64,000 nt of DNA, from NCBI GenBank assembly GCA_965221165.1, contig CBDCRP010000002.1, positions 992,001-1,056,000 of the forward strand. Reading direction: 5' to 3'. Positions within the stretch are counted from its first letter, which is position 1. Every line of letters begins with the position of its first letter. Under the pieces are notes generated by a model. It was not told the origin of the DNA and did not search any database. It saw nothing but the letters and a program-made list of their open reading frames with translations. Made by a program: the position numbers and the translations under genes. The stretch is from a bacterium (GTDB lineage Bacteria > UBA8248). Of the stretch, positions 37,536 through 48,102 are shown one piece after another.

Positions 37536-38519
37536 CTAGCCGCCGATGGAGCTCATCGTGCGCTCGGGCTGGATGAACTCTTCCTGTCCGATGAGGTGAC
37601 CCGGCGTCTTGGTGAGAACCACCTCGCCGAGCCAGGCCTTTATTTCATCATCGGTAGCGCCGCCCCTGAGCAGCTTTTTGACGTCGTGCTCGACCATGGA
37701 GAAAAGGCAGGTCCGCACCATGCCGTCCGCCGTCAAGCGGATGCGGTTGCAATCCTGACAGAAAGGCCGCGTGACCGAGGCGATGACGCCCACCTCGCCC
37801 TTGCCGTCCTTGTAGCGGTAGCGCGTCGCGGGGTCCGAGGGGTGTCCGCTCACGAGTTCGAGTTCTCCCTCTACGGAGAGGCCTTCGAGTATCTCCTCTG
37901 CCGTCAGCACCTTCTCGTGCGCCCAGGTGCGGTCCGCATCGAGCGGCATGTATTCGATGAAGCGCACGATGTGGCCCGTCTCGCGCGACCACCTGGCGAA
38001 GCGCGGCAGTTCCTCCTCGCTCAGTCCCTTGACCGCCACCGCGTTTATCTTGATGGGAGAGAACCCCGCCGCCGCCGCCGCCTCGATGCCCTCCATCACC
38101 TGGCCGAAAACGTCGCGGCGCGTCATGAACAGGAATTTACCCGCGTCCATGGAATCGAGACTGATGTTCACGCGCCGAAGGCCCGCCGCGTAGAGATCCT
38201 TCGCCATTTTGGGGAGAAAGACGCCGTTGGTCGTAAGGGCGAGGTCCATCCCGGGTTGTATTTCCATCATCTGCTCGACCAGGCGGTGTAAGTCCTTGCG
38301 CAGGAGCGGCTCGCCGCCGGTCAAGTGATAGCTCGTGAACCCCAGCTCGGTAGTGATGCGCACCACGCGGGCGATTTCCTCGTAATCGAGAACCTCCGCG
38401 TGCGGCAGCCACGTCATGCCTTCTTCGGGCATGCAGTAGAAACACCGGAAGTTGCACCTGTCCGTCACCGAGATTCTCAAATCATCGTGCCCGCGTCCGT
38501 AGCGATCGAATAACGCCAT
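37536..38519 (-). CDS. moaA: GTP 3',8-cyclase
   Basis: CNFRCFYC, TGGEP, RFIEYMP, FCQDCNRIRLTADG...CLF, terminal IGG. Confidence 0.96.
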   Translation of the reverse strand: MALFDRYGRGHDDLRISVTDRCNFRCFYCMPEEGMTWLPHAEVLDYEEIARVVRITTELGFTSYHLTGGEPLLRKDLHRLVEQMMEIQPGMDLALTTNGVFLPKMAKDLYAAGLRRVNISLDSMDAGKFLFMTRRDVFGQVMEGIEAAAAAGFSPIKINAVAVKGLSEEELPRFARWSRETGHIVRFIEYMPLDADRTWAHEKVLTAEEILEGLSVEGELELVSGHPSDPATRYRYKDGKGEVGVIASVTRPFCQDCNRIRLTADGMVRTCLFSMVEHDVKKLLRGGATDDEIKAWLGEVVLTKTPGHLIGQEEFIQPERTMSSIGG

Positions 38520-38535
38520 TTCTCAAACCTTCCCT

Positions 38536-40485
38536 TCAGGGTGCGGCCATCACCTGGCCGGTCAACCCCGTATTATACCCTCCTAAAGCCTCCACGGCAT
38601 CCTGAAAAGCCGCATCGCGCAAAATATCCACCACCTTCCGGATCGGGGGCGTCTCCCAATGGGCCTCGGGCACGATGAAATCAAAGCGCTCCCGCTCCAG
38701 GGGGATGAAATCGAGGTTCAGCATCCTGGCAGCCGCGAAAATCCCCAGACCGCAATCCGCGCGTCCCGCCGCCACCGCCATGGCCACCGCCATGTGCGTG
38801 GTCTCCACCCGCTCGTAGCCCCGGACCTCCTCGGGCGAAAGGCCGGCGCGCTCCATCAGGTGATCGAGCAGCACCCGCGTGCCCGCCCCGCTCTGGCGGT
38901 TCACGATTGCCACGTCCTGACGGCTCAAGTCGGCTATCCCCCCTATGTTCTTGGGATTCCCTTTTGGCGTCAGGATGCCCTGTTCGCGCTGGACGAAATT
39001 CACCACCACGACCGCGCGGCCCTTGAGATAGCGTTCGATGTAGCGCCAGTTGTACTCCCCCGTCTCGGGGTCCAGGAGATGGCTGCCCGCGATGTGCGCC
39101 TCGCCGTCGCGCACGGCGATGAGGCCCGCCAGCGAACCCACCGCCGAGGCGGAAAGACGCGCGTCGTGGTGCCGCGCTCTCAACTCATCCGCCAGCAGGT
39201 CGAGCGCGTTGTCGTGGCTGCCCGCCATGAGCAAGTTCCCCCGGATATCGGCCAAGGGCCTTAAAAGCTCGACCGTGACCTCCTCACCCGTCTCGATTCC
39301 CTCCGAGTGGGCGGGCACGCGCACCACGCCGTCCGCCTCCACGAGCGAACTGATGACGCCGGCCCCGCGCTTGGCGGGCAGGCAAACCATCCGCTCGCCC
39401 ACCCGGCCGAGCTTGACGCGCAAAAACTCCTCCATCCCCAGCCTCGATGCGCTCTTCCGGCTCATAAAGGCCCTAATCCGCTCCTCCTCGCCCGGGGCCG
39501 CACCCGCCATGCGCGCCATCAAGGGACGCACGAACTCCTGAAGCGCAAGCACCGCCGAGACCGGATAGCCCGGAATCCCGAGCACGGGCTTTTTCTCGCC
39601 CGATTCCGACTTGCAAACGCCCAGTATGGTGGGTTTGCCGGGGAAGATGGCCACGCCGTGCACGAGAAGCTCGCCCAGTTTTTCCACGACGGCGGCGGTG
39701 TGATCCTCCCGCCCGGCGGATGAACCCGCGTTCACCAGAACGACGTCCGCACTCTCGAGCGCGCCTCGAACCGCTTCCTCGATGGCTGAAAACCTGTCTT
39801 CCAGAATCGGGCCGGGGAGCGCCACTCCCCCCCATTCGGTGATGAAGGCGGACAAGACTCTCGAGTTGAATTCCACCAGATCGCCCGGCTTCAGATCGGC
39901 GCCTGCTTCCACGAGTTCGTCTCCGGTAGGGATGATGGCGACGCGCGGACGCCGCCGCACGCTCACCCGCGTGATGCCCGCCGCCAGAAGCGCGCCCAGA
40001 TCGTAGGGCCTTAAAACATGCCCCGCCGTGAGGATGAGCTGGCCCTCGACGATGTCCTCTCCCGCCACGCGCACGTTCTGCCAGGGGGAGAGCGCCGCCT
40101 CTATCCGAATCGCGCCGGGAGTCGCCTCGTGCACGTGCTCGATCATGACGACGCAATCCGCCCCCTCGGGCAGCGGATCGCCCGTGTCGAGAGGGTGTGC
40201 CTCCCCGCCCAACATGAATTCCTTGGGCGCAACGGGCGTGGCGCCCGAGGTCTCCGCCGAGGCGAGGGCGTATCCGTCCATGGCGGCGGCGTGAAAATGC
40301 GGGCTGGAAACCCGCGCGTAGGCCGCGCGCGCCGTCACGCGCCCGAGCGCCTCCGCCGTAGCGATTTCCTCCTCCCCGAGGCGGAACGCGCCCAGTTTCT
40401 CCAGAAGGCGCGAGAGCGCTTCTTCGCGGGGAATGTTTTCCAGATAAATTTTCCGGCCGCCCTGGGCCAGGGATGAATCGCTCAT
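38536..40485 (-). CDS. moeA: Molybdopterin molybdotransferase fused to a periplasmic-binding-like domain
   Basis: AAMDGYA, TGDEL, PGKPT, PGYP; C-terminal GSHD...VNRQSGAGTR PBP domain. Confidence 0.92.
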   Translation of the reverse strand: MSDSSLAQGGRKIYLENIPREEALSRLLEKLGAFRLGEEEIATAEALGRVTARAAYARVSSPHFHAAAMDGYALASAETSGATPVAPKEFMLGGEAHPLDTGDPLPEGADCVVMIEHVHEATPGAIRIEAALSPWQNVRVAGEDIVEGQLILTAGHVLRPYDLGALLAAGITRVSVRRRPRVAIIPTGDELVEAGADLKPGDLVEFNSRVLSAFITEWGGVALPGPILEDRFSAIEEAVRGALESADVVLVNAGSSAGREDHTAAVVEKLGELLVHGVAIFPGKPTILGVCKSESGEKKPVLGIPGYPVSAVLALQEFVRPLMARMAGAAPGEEERIRAFMSRKSASRLGMEEFLRVKLGRVGERMVCLPAKRGAGVISSLVEADGVVRVPAHSEGIETGEEVTVELLRPLADIRGNLLMAGSHDNALDLLADELRARHHDARLSASAVGSLAGLIAVRDGEAHIAGSHLLDPETGEYNWRYIERYLKGRAVVVVNFVQREQGILTPKGNPKNIGGIADLSRQDVAIVNRQSGAGTRVLLDHLMERAGLSPEEVRGYERVETTHMAVAMAVAAGRADCGLGIFAAARMLNLDFIPLERERFDFIVPEAHWETPPIRKVVDILRDAAFQDAVEALGGYNTGLTGQVMAAP

Positions 40486-40536
40486 TCGCTCACACCCGAT
40501 TCGAGGAGAAAATACCGCTTACGCCGCGCGCCCCGC

Positions 40537-41778
40537 TCAATAGAGATGCACGCGCACCTCGGCTCCCTCGCGCAGCCCCTCTGCTTCTAACGGAACCGTG
40601 ATGTAGCCGTCCGCCTTCGTCATGGTCGATATCATCGCGGAATTGCCCATCAGGGGATGGGCGACGCGCCCGCCCTCGCCCTTTGCGAGTGCGACGCGAA
40701 TCATGTCCTCGCGTCCGGGGGCGGAGGCCACGTTCCTCGCAAGGGTGGCCGCAAGACCCTCCGTCGCCGCTTCCGTGCGGGCGACCTCGCCGCTCAACTG
40801 CCTGATGATGGGCCGAACGAAGGCGTGAAAGATCATGAGGGCGGAAACCGGATGCCCCGGAATGCCGATGACCGCCTTATCCTCACCGCCCCGCTGAATC
40901 CGCCCGATGATGGTCGGCTTGCCGGGCTTGATGGATATGCCGTGCACCAGAACGCCCGGCTCTCCCAGAGAGTCGATGGCTTCTACCGTGTAATCGCGAA
41001 GGCCCATAGAGCTTCCGCCCGAGATGAGCACGACGTCCGCACTGCTTACCGCTTGCTGCAGGCGCTCTTTGATGACGGCGAGATCATCGGGGAGAATCTC
41101 GTCCGTCTCGGGCGCGCCTCCCGCCTCGATCACCCCCGCTGCGAGGGAGAAGCGGTTGATGTCGCGCACCTGGCCCGCGCGGGGCGTCTCGCGCGGGTCG
41201 ATGAGTTCATCGCCCGTGGGCAGTATCGCCACCCGGGGGCGGCGGTGGATTTCGACCGAGGTGACCCCCACGCCCGCGAGCGCGCCTACGTCCTGACTCC
41301 GCAAGCGAGCGCCCGCTCTCAGGATCAACTCGCCTTTTTTGAGATCATCGCCTACCCCGAGGACGTTCTCGCCCACGGCGGCGGGACGCCTGGCTTCCAG
41401 GGTTTCCGCGTCGGGCGCCGAGGTGAACTCCTCCATCACCACCGCGTCCGCACCTTCTGGAACCATGCCGCCCGTCAGGATGCGCGCCGCCTCGCCCCGG
41501 CCCACGGAGAACTCCGGCGCCGCCCCCATCGGCACCTGGCCGACGATATCGAGATAGGCGGGTATGGACTCGCTCGCGCCGAAAGAATCCGCCGCCCTGA
41601 GCGCGTAGCCATCCATCGTGGCGCGCGGGAAATCGGGCAGGTCGACGGGGGAGCGGACATCCTCGGCCAGAACGCGGCCCACCGCGTCGAAAGAGGAGAG
41701 ACTCTCCGCCCCCAGCGCGCGGAAGCCCTCGAGTGCTCGTTTCGCTTCTTCTGGCGATACGACCTTGAAGAACTCCAC
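40537..41778 (-). CDS. moeA: Molybdopterin molybdotransferase
   Basis: ATMDGYA, TGGMVPEGADAVVM, SGGSS, IKPGKPT, PGHP. Confidence 0.93.
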   Translation of the reverse strand: MEFFKVVSPEEAKRALEGFRALGAESLSSFDAVGRVLAEDVRSPVDLPDFPRATMDGYALRAADSFGASESIPAYLDIVGQVPMGAAPEFSVGRGEAARILTGGMVPEGADAVVMEEFTSAPDAETLEARRPAAVGENVLGVGDDLKKGELILRAGARLRSQDVGALAGVGVTSVEIHRRPRVAILPTGDELIDPRETPRAGQVRDINRFSLAAGVIEAGGAPETDEILPDDLAVIKERLQQAVSSADVVLISGGSSMGLRDYTVEAIDSLGEPGVLVHGISIKPGKPTIIGRIQRGGEDKAVIGIPGHPVSALMIFHAFVRPIIRQLSGEVARTEAATEGLAATLARNVASAPGREDMIRVALAKGEGGRVAHPLMGNSAMISTMTKADGYITVPLEAEGLREGAEVRVHLY

Positions 41779-42043
41779 CGGACCTCTCCGTCTTCAAAAT
41801 GAAAAACCAACCGCTGCGCGCGCAGGGCTGGTCGCAAAATGTAACAGGCGTTCACGGGGCTTTGTCCGGCGCCCTCTTGAAAGGATAAGGCCGCGCTGCG
41901 CCCTACGAGGCTATCCCCGGCCCGTCTCCCGCAACTCCCGGTAGGCGCGGCGCGTCATCGCCCTCTATGAGAAATAACCCGCCGCCGCGAGGAGCACCAA
42001 GCCCAGGAACCCACGCGCGGTGGACTCAGAGCGAACCGGCGCT

Positions 42044-42244
42044 TCAGCCCTTATCGCCCTCTCCGGCGGCGGACGCCTCTTTCTTATCGGGCAATTCCGG
42101 GTCGTCGCTAATCCCCTTCTTGAAGCTCTTGATTCCGCGAGCGAGGCCCGAACCGATCTCGGGCAGGCGCTTCGCGCCGAAGACCAGCACGCATATCGCG
42201 AGGATGACCAGAAGCTCGGGAATGCCCATATTCATCGGGAACAT
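42044..42244 (-). CDS. tatA: Twin-arginine translocase subunit TatA
   Basis: GIPELLVILAICVLVFGAKRLPEIGSGLARGIKSFKK. Confidence 0.93.
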   Translation of the reverse strand: MFPMNMGIPELLVILAICVLVFGAKRLPEIGSGLARGIKSFKKGISDDPELPDKKEASAAGEGDKG

Positions 42245-42269
42245 CGGCAAGACTCCTTTGGATGAATGA

Positions 42270-43451
42270 TCAGGAAGCGGCGTCCGCAAACACCTGCGAA
42301 GCGGCTCCGACACCATCTCCAGCCTTTGTAATATACCCTAATCTGGAGAAAATCACCTCCAGCGCCGAGAGAAGGTAGACCACGTTCGCCTGGGTGGCCC
42401 CGTGGCCCATCATTCCGACCCGCCATATCTTGCCGGCCACTGCGCCCAGGCCGCCGCCGATCTCGATGTTGAAGTCATTGAGCAGGCTCTTGCGAACGGC
42501 GGCGTCATCCATGCCCTCTTTCAAAGTAATGGTGTTGAGCGTGGGCGTGCGCGCGCCTTCTTGCGCGAACATGGACATCCCGAGCGCCTCCACACCCGCT
42601 TGAAGCGCCTTGCTCGTCAGGGCGTGTCTCTGAAAGCGCGCCTCCAAACCCTCATCGAAGATGATGCGCAGCGCTTCTCTGATCGCATAGTTCATCGTAA
42701 TGGGGCCGGTGTGGTGATAGACGCGCTCGTTGCCCCAGTATTTCTCGACCATGCTCACGTCGAAATACCAGCTCGTGACCTTGGATTTTCGCTCGCGCAC
42801 CTTGCCGAGCGCGCGTTCGCTGAAGGTGATGGGCGCAACCCCAGGTGGGCAGGCCAGGCATTTCTGCGTGCCGCTGTAGGCGATCTCCACCCCCCATTTG
42901 TCGAGTTCCACGGGCACGCCGCCCAGGGAGGTGACGCAGTCGAGCAGCAAGAGCGCGCCGTGCTCGCGGCACATCGCGCCGATTTCCTCCATCGGCTGGA
43001 GCACGCCCGTGCTCGTTTCCGCGTGGACGACCCCGACCATCACGGCGTCGGGGTTCGCATCGAGGGCCGCCTTCACGTCCCGGGGGTCGATGGGCTTGCC
43101 CCACGGGGCCTCCACGGTGACGACCTCCGCCCCGTAGCGCGCGGCCACATCGCTCATCCGCCCGCCGAACACGCCGTTCACGCAGATGATGGCCTTGTCC
43201 CCAGGTTCGATGATGTTGCAGACCGAAGCCTCCATCGCGGCACTGCCCGTGCCCGATACGGGGAACGTCACCTGGTTCTCGGTGTTGAAAAGCTCGCGCA
43301 GCATCCCCTGGCAATCGTCCATCACCGCGAGGAAATCGGGGTCCAGATGCCCCACCACGTGGGTGCTCATGGCTTTCAGGATTCTCGGGTGAACCGGGCT
43401 CGGCCCCGGCCCCAGCAACAAACGCAAATGCGGATTCAACTCTCCAGACAA
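42270..43451 (-). CDS. Alanine-glyoxylate / serine-pyruvate aminotransferase (class V PLP)
   Basis: LLGPGPS, HAETSTG, DCVTSLGG, SGTQKCL, YHHT; probable TTG start. Confidence 0.9.
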   Translation of the reverse strand: MSGELNPHLRLLLGPGPSPVHPRILKAMSTHVVGHLDPDFLAVMDDCQGMLRELFNTENQVTFPVSGTGSAAMEASVCNIIEPGDKAIICVNGVFGGRMSDVAARYGAEVVTVEAPWGKPIDPRDVKAALDANPDAVMVGVVHAETSTGVLQPMEEIGAMCREHGALLLLDCVTSLGGVPVELDKWGVEIAYSGTQKCLACPPGVAPITFSERALGKVRERKSKVTSWYFDVSMVEKYWGNERVYHHTGPITMNYAIREALRIIFDEGLEARFQRHALTSKALQAGVEALGMSMFAQEGARTPTLNTITLKEGMDDAAVRKSLLNDFNIEIGGGLGAVAGKIWRVGMMGHGATQANVVYLLSALEVIFSRLGYITKAGDGVGAASQVFADAAS

Positions 43452-43736
43452 GACTTTTCCCTCGCTCGAATCAAGTTTTTGGAATGGATGAGAAGCCTCT
43501 GACCCTCTCACTCGGCCTCTCGTTCCGAAATACGACCGCGAGATACTACCATACGGCCCAACCACCGCAAAGGGGGGTGGGGGGTGGATGGGAGCGCTTC
43601 GTTATTTCGTGGAAATGAGAAGACATGCGAGAGACCGTTCCTGGAAAAAGAGTTTGACAAACATTCTTGTGAAAACCTAATGTGGGGAACTGGCATACAA
43701 CCTGGAAGAAAAGAGAACTTTTTAAGGAACGGAAAA

Positions 43737-44015
43737 ATGACCGAATTCGAGATAGCGACCCTGGCCGTACAAAAATCCATGCTGGCATTGCAGAAATCGG
43801 CGCTGGTATTACAGGAATCTGCGCTCATGGCGCAATACGCAGGCGTATGGGTTGCCGGTGCGGTGGGATTCGCGCAATGCGCGCTTATCGGCGCCGGCCT
43901 TTTGTTCATGCGTCGCGCGGCGGATACGCGGGACAAGGCGCTGGACATACTCATCAAACAAACGGAGGACAATGGCCTGGCGCTGCGAACCCTTATCGCG
44001 CGAACGGCGAAGTAG
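43737..44015 (+). CDS. Small hypothetical membrane protein with heptad repeats
   Basis: LAVQKSM-LALQKSA-LVLQESA followed by a TM helix; AAGGA upstream. Confidence 0.55.
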   Translation: MTEFEIATLAVQKSMLALQKSALVLQESALMAQYAGVWVAGAVGFAQCALIGAGLLFMRRAADTRDKALDILIKQTEDNGLALRTLIARTAK

Positions 44016-44135
44016 AACCGGCATCAGCGTCATCTGGACAAGAATTCCGCTAAACCACCTAATTTCTCGCCTCACCTGCCAGCGGCGTTTCGGGCTACCG
44101 GGATGCCGGCGTACTCATGCTCGGCGCGCCCGCCC

Positions 44136-44639
44136 CTACTCCCCGTCCAGCGCGATGTTGTCGTAGTCGGGTATGGCGCCCATGCCCTTCTTGGCGGCCA
44201 TGGATTTACGCTCGTATTCCATCACCAGTTCCCCGCGCTGGTTATAGGCGCGCGTCTTGATGGTGACGATTCCGCAATCGGGCCTGCTCTTCGATTCGCG
44301 CTTGTCCAGAATCTCCGATTCCGAATAAAGCGTATCGCCCGCGAAGACGGGCGCGGGCATCTTGATGTAGGTCCACTCCAGGTTCGCCACCGAGCGGTAG
44401 GAGGTGTCGGTGACCGTCATGCCGGCCACGACGGCGAGAGTCAGCGCCGAGTTGACGAGCGGTTTCCCGAACTGGGTCTTGGACGCATAGTGGGCGTCGA
44501 AATGAATCGGGTGGGTGTTGTTCGTCAGCAGGGTGAACCAGGTGTTGTCCGATTCGAGTATGGTGCGGCCCGGCCTGTGCTTGATGACCTCGCCCACCAC
44601 GAAATCCTCATACCAGCGTCCCATCTGAAAATCAGGCAT
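44136..44639 (-). CDS. MaoC-family dehydratase
   Basis: YEDF.VG, NTHPIHFD, PVFAGDTL. Confidence 0.9.
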   Translation of the reverse strand: MPDFQMGRWYEDFVVGEVIKHRPGRTILESDNTWFTLLTNNTHPIHFDAHYASKTQFGKPLVNSALTLAVVAGMTVTDTSYRSVANLEWTYIKMPAPVFAGDTLYSESEILDKRESKSRPDCGIVTIKTRAYNQRGELVMEYERKSMAAKKGMGAIPDYDNIALDGE

Positions 44640-44738
44640 CTTCCTTCTCCTCGTTACGCGCCCACCTACCCCCAGGCGCGGGACGGCGGTTCGCCCTTTC
44701 GGCGACTAACGTCTCTTTTCTCTCCAACAACCCCCCGT

Positions 44739-45890
44739 CTAGGCGGGGTATCGCTCCAGAAGCCTCTTGGCGATGATGAGGCGCTGAATCTCGTTCGATC
44801 CCTCGCCCACCACCAGGAGTTTCGAGTCCCGGAAATAACGCTCCACCGGCAACTCCTGGATGTAGCCCATGCCGCCGTGCACCTGAATGGCCTCGCTCGC
44901 GCAGAACTCCGCCGTCTCGGACGCAAAGAACTTGGCCATGCCAGCTTCCAGGTCGCATCGCTTGCCCTGGGCCTTCAGGTTCGCCGCGTGGTAGGTCATG
45001 AGCTTCGCCGCGTGGATGCGCGTTCCCATCTCGGCGAGTTTCGCCTGGATCAGCTGATGGCCCGCCAGCGGCTTGCCGAAGGTCTCGCGCTGCTGGGAAT
45101 AGCGCATCGAATCCTCAAACGCCGCCCGCGCGAGCCCCACGCTGCGCGCCGCCACGTTGACGCGGCCGCCCTCCAAAGCGCTCATGATCATCGGAAAACC
45201 CTCGTTCTCTTGGCCCAAGAGGTTTTCGAGCGGCACGCGCGCGTCCTCGAACACCAGTTCGCTCGTGCGGATGCCCCGGTAGCCCATCTTCTTGAGATGC
45301 CGGCTCACCTGAAAGCCGGGCGTTCCCTTGTGAACGAGGATACAGGAGATGCCCTTCGTCTTGGGTTTCTCGGGATCGGTGCGCGCGAACACGCTGAACA
45401 TCGTGCCGTGCTCGGCGTTCGAGATGAACATCTTCGATCCGTTCATCACCCACTGGTCGTCCTGGCGCACCGCGCGTGTCTTGAGAGCGGCGGCGTCAGA
45501 ACCCGAACCCGGCTCGGTGAGCGCCATGCCCGAGTGCCACTCGCCGGTGGCCATTTTCGGCAGGTAGGTCTTTTTCTGCTCATCCGTTCCGTAGTTCAGA
45601 AGCATCCAGGCGGTCATCATGTGCGTGCCCAGGATGCCCGCCACGCTCATCCACCCCACGGACAGCTCCTCCATGGCGATGGCGTAGCAAACCTCGTCCA
45701 TGCCGCTTCCGCCGTATTCCTCGGGTATCGTGAAGCCGAAAAAGCCGAGTTCCTGCATCTTCTCCACGGCGGGCGTGGGGTATTTATCGGCGAGTTCGTA
45801 TTCCATGGCGATGGGCATGACCTCGCGATCCACGAAATCCTTCATCATCCGCTGAACGCTCATCTGTAATTCGGTGAACTGGAAATCCAA
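44739..45890 (-). CDS. Acyl-CoA dehydrogenase
   Basis: ALTEPGSGSD, GSKMFISN, RETFGKPL, QVHGGMGY, GEGSNEIQ. Confidence 0.95.
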   Translation of the reverse strand: MDFQFTELQMSVQRMMKDFVDREVMPIAMEYELADKYPTPAVEKMQELGFFGFTIPEEYGGSGMDEVCYAIAMEELSVGWMSVAGILGTHMMTAWMLLNYGTDEQKKTYLPKMATGEWHSGMALTEPGSGSDAAALKTRAVRQDDQWVMNGSKMFISNAEHGTMFSVFARTDPEKPKTKGISCILVHKGTPGFQVSRHLKKMGYRGIRTSELVFEDARVPLENLLGQENEGFPMIMSALEGGRVNVAARSVGLARAAFEDSMRYSQQRETFGKPLAGHQLIQAKLAEMGTRIHAAKLMTYHAANLKAQGKRCDLEAGMAKFFASETAEFCASEAIQVHGGMGYIQELPVERYFRDSKLLVVGEGSNEIQRLIIAKRLLERYPA

Positions 45891-45936
45891 GGGATGTTTC
45901 CTCCTGAAATGGAATGGCCGGAATTTCCGCCGGGTA

Positions 45937-47115
45937 TTAAATCACTCCGCCGCGGCGCAAGGCCGCCGTCTCTTCAGAAGAATAGCCGAGAGCCTCGAGC
46001 ACTTCTTCGGTATGCGCGCTCAGCCCCGGCGGGTGTTCGAGCTTGGGCGTCATCTCGCTGAATTTCACCGGAAAACGGCACATCTTCAAACTCCCGTATT
46101 CGCCTTCCACCTCGGAGAAAATCTCTCGGTGCGCCGTCTGGGGATGATCGCACACCTCGCCCAAATCGTTCACCGCCCCGCAGGGAACGCCCGCCTCCAA
46201 AAAAATCCGCCGCCACTCCTCGCGCTCTTTCGTGGCGAGAATCGGCAGTACCTGCGCAAGCAGCGCGTCCTTGTTCTCGTGCCTGTCCGCGTTGGTCGCG
46301 AAACGCGGGTCGTCCACCCATTCGGGGTGTCCGAGCACACCTGCGAACAGCCGCCAGGTGTTTTCGTTTCCGCACGCGACGCCGATGAGCTTTCCCCCCT
46401 TGGCGGGGTAGGCCCCGTAGGGCGCGAGAAAATGATGCCCCACTCCTACGCGGCTCGGCTTCTTGCCGTGCAAGTGATAGAGAAAATGGAAATAGCCCTG
46501 CATGCTCACCATGCAGTCGAACATCGAGACGTCCAACTCCTGGCCCTCGCCCGTGCGGTCGCGCTGCCTGAGGGCCATCATCGCGCCCAGGGCCACGAAA
46601 AGCCCCGTAACCCCGTCGCAGATGGAATGGGCCATCTTGGCGGGCGATTCGGGCGGCCCCGTCATCTCCATGATGCCCGCTTCCGCCTGGATGAGGCCGT
46701 CGAACGCCTTCATGTCGCGGTAGGGGCCGTCCTGCCCGTACCCGGAAGTGTGGATATAGATGATGTCGGGCTTTATCTTCTTCACTTCCTCATAAGCGAA
46801 CCCGAGCCTGTCGATAGCGCCGGGACTGAAGTTTTCGAGAAAAACGTCCGCACCCTCGAGCATTTCCCCTAATATCTTCTTGCCGCGTTCGTCTTTCAGG
46901 TTGAGCGTCACGCTCTTCTTGTTGGGGTTCACCCAGAAATGCACCGCTCCCTCGCCGAAGACTTCCTTGTCCCAGAGGCGGACCATATCGCCCGTGCCGG
47001 GGACCTCGACCTTCAGGACCTCCGCGCCGAAATCGGCCAGATGGCGCAACCCCACCGGGCCGCTGATGGATACCCCCAGCGAAACGATTCGAACGCCATC
47101 GAGCGGAAGCGCCAT
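45937..47115 (-). CDS. Family III CoA transferase (CaiB/BaiF)
   Basis: PLDGVRI, LADFGAEVLKVE, NKKSVTLNLK, ENFSPG, SGYGQDGP. Confidence 0.93.
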   Translation of the reverse strand: MALPLDGVRIVSLGVSISGPVGLRHLADFGAEVLKVEVPGTGDMVRLWDKEVFGEGAVHFWVNPNKKSVTLNLKDERGKKILGEMLEGADVFLENFSPGAIDRLGFAYEEVKKIKPDIIYIHTSGYGQDGPYRDMKAFDGLIQAEAGIMEMTGPPESPAKMAHSICDGVTGLFVALGAMMALRQRDRTGEGQELDVSMFDCMVSMQGYFHFLYHLHGKKPSRVGVGHHFLAPYGAYPAKGGKLIGVACGNENTWRLFAGVLGHPEWVDDPRFATNADRHENKDALLAQVLPILATKEREEWRRIFLEAGVPCGAVNDLGEVCDHPQTAHREIFSEVEGEYGSLKMCRFPVKFSEMTPKLEHPPGLSAHTEEVLEALGYSSEETAALRRGGVI

Positions 47116-47288
47116 TTTACGGCTCCCCGAAAAAGTGAGTTCCCTAAAGCGAGGCGGGGGACATGGCTACGTCCTGCGCTGGCCCCGGGCCCTCGCGGTT
47201 CAAGCGGTTTCTGGAAAATGTGTCCCTACGAAACCACGACAGGAGACATGACAATACACCATCGATTTCATGGATGACAAGGTGTGGT

Positions 47289-47540
47289 GGGTCAAACCCG
47301 ACCGGGGAGGGAGGGTTTGTCGCGATTGAAGAATGAGCGATTGCCGAACGAGGAGCGAGGGTTTGCGAGGGGGGTGTGGTTTTTAACGTCATTCCGGCGC
47401 ATTCCGGAATCCAGGGAATTTGTTTCTTGTGTTTTACCGTCCTTCCTGGCGAATGATAGAGAAATGGAATGCCACAATCTATCACCTGATCGGTTCTGGT
47501 CAACCTATCGGTTGCCACCAACATGCGCCGGAATGACGAT
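47289..47540. repeat. Composite palindromic intergenic repeat (copy A)
   Basis: gtcattccggcgcattccggaatcc...catgcgccggaatgac; homologous in inverted orientation to 54785-54996 and in part to 49169-49262. Confidence 0.75.
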
Positions 47541-47566
47541 AAAAGGCAACGGCGAGGTCTTCGAAA

Positions 47567-47923
47567 TCACTCCCCCGCCTCGTCGAGATAAGCCTGAAAA
47601 TCACCCGAGATCTGCGAGATGAAGGCCACCGCGCGATCGAGCGCGATGAATTCCATGTCCCCGGGGTCGTCGGCGACCTCCTCCTTCAGTTCCGTGAGCA
47701 CGTCGAGATACTCTTGGGCTCCCGGGCCTGCGGCGGTGTCTTTTTTCTCGCTCGGTTCAACTTCGGCCTCCACGAAATCCGCGAACGGCCCCACCTCGTA
47801 GGAGATGAAGCAAAACGCATGATACAGCGCCTTTTCCTCGATGCCGCCCTCGCCCTGCGCGTCTTTTCTGAGTTCGTTCAACTTCGCCAAAACGGGTTCG
47901 TGCTTCAACGGCCTCTCCTTCAT
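47567..47923 (-). CDS. Hypothetical acidic protein with internal two-fold repeat
   Basis: 118 aa; ALYHAFCFISYEVGPFADF resembles ALDRAVAFISQISGDFQAY; GC-typical codon usage. Confidence 0.65.
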   Translation of the reverse strand: MKERPLKHEPVLAKLNELRKDAQGEGGIEEKALYHAFCFISYEVGPFADFVEAEVEPSEKKDTAAGPGAQEYLDVLTELKEEVADDPGDMEFIALDRAVAFISQISGDFQAYLDEAGE

Positions 47924-48102
47924 CCTGCTCGCCCAAGCGGCGTTTAATATGTGTTTCAGACAATAAAGGCTACCGAGGGCTTGTTAAAACAGCCTCCCGC
48001 CACTGACAGGGCGGGGTCCCCATACATCACGTGAACACAGGCTTCCGCGCAGGCCATATCCCCCCCCACATATTTCATAGGGGGCCACTACCTCAGGCCG
48101 TA

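Noticed and set aside
41790-42040. Moco riboswitch or small gene upstream of moeA
   Set aside because: I could not recognise the riboswitch consensus. A short hydrophobic frame (GFLGLVLLAAAGYFS*) is interrupted and too weak to call.
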